From: Psammoneis japonica
Lineage: Eukaryota
Assembly: GCA_008632985.1 (NCBI GenBank)
Contig: QPGO01000099.1
Coordinates: forward strand, 1-64,000
Direction of reading: 5' to 3'
DNA length: 64,000 bases
The stretch's first letter is position 1; every line of letters begins with the position of its first letter. The notes under the pieces were generated by a model that was not told where the DNA came from, ran no database searches, and saw only the letters and a list, made by a program, of their open reading frames with translations. The position numbers and the translations under genes are program-made. Shown in pieces: positions 63,575 through 64,000 of the stretch.

Positions 63575-64000
63575 TCAAGAACCGAAACACCATGAGACCA
63601 AGATGATTCCCGATTGCAGAGACTGCTTTTTAGCAAAAACAACGCCCAAACCCAGCAGTCGATTCGTGCGGCTATTCTTCAGTCTTCCAGCCTTCCATGC
63701 TTTCTTTTGATAGCTCAACCAAAATCCAAGTCTCTTTCCATTTTCAATGTGGTGACAAGGCACTTTGCAACTTCCCTCGCACTCCGCAAATTGTTCTAGA
63801 GAAGAGAAAACATAGTCTCCCATTGCTCAGCCAAAATGTCCCACTCAACTCCAGCCTTCTCCAGTCGTTCTTGTCTAGAAGCATTAAGTTTTCCTTTCCT
63901 TTTGGCTGTCCGTTGCTTGATCAACCACCTTCCAAGGTTCTCCCCATCCTCTTTGTGACCGTGCAGCACCCTGCAATGGCCCTCACGCACCACAAATCGT
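63575..64000 (-). CDS. 3' end of a protein with helicase-associated (HA) domain repeats, runs off the window
   Basis: EGHCRV..LGRWLIKQR...RQERLEKAGVEW and EGSCKVP..LGFWLSYQK...RLLGLGVVF. Frameshift near 63800. Confidence 0.8.

Overview
Eukaryotic genomic scaffold with N-gaps, most likely from a diatom (CoDi-type Copia, diatom-type LINE and Plavaka relics, class C GPCR with GT-AG introns, helicase-associated repeats, bacterial-type D-lactate dehydrogenase). About 1-43.9 kb and 52.6-61 kb are repeat-rich; about 43.9-52.5 kb and 61.1-64 kb hold ordinary genes, several with 1-bp frameshifts that look like consensus errors. The main signal is a domain-scale, two-stranded loss of the TpA dinucleotide: TA has become TG or CA. 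This turns conserved Tyr codons into Cys/His in a Copia element and in an ELWxxDGT-repeat gene. It has resolved in opposite directions in the two LTRs and in the two arms of a duplication, and it has spared one young MITE copy. It looks like a RIP-like hypermutation with the opposite polarity to fungal RIP (A>G at TpA, apparently favouring TAY). The second signal is a ~19 kb fold-back structure: ~6 kb inverted arms flank a Copia whose 5' LTR-PBS-gag segment is itself inverted, as expected from aberrant auto-integration. All counts and alignments were done by eye, and repeat coordinates are approximate.
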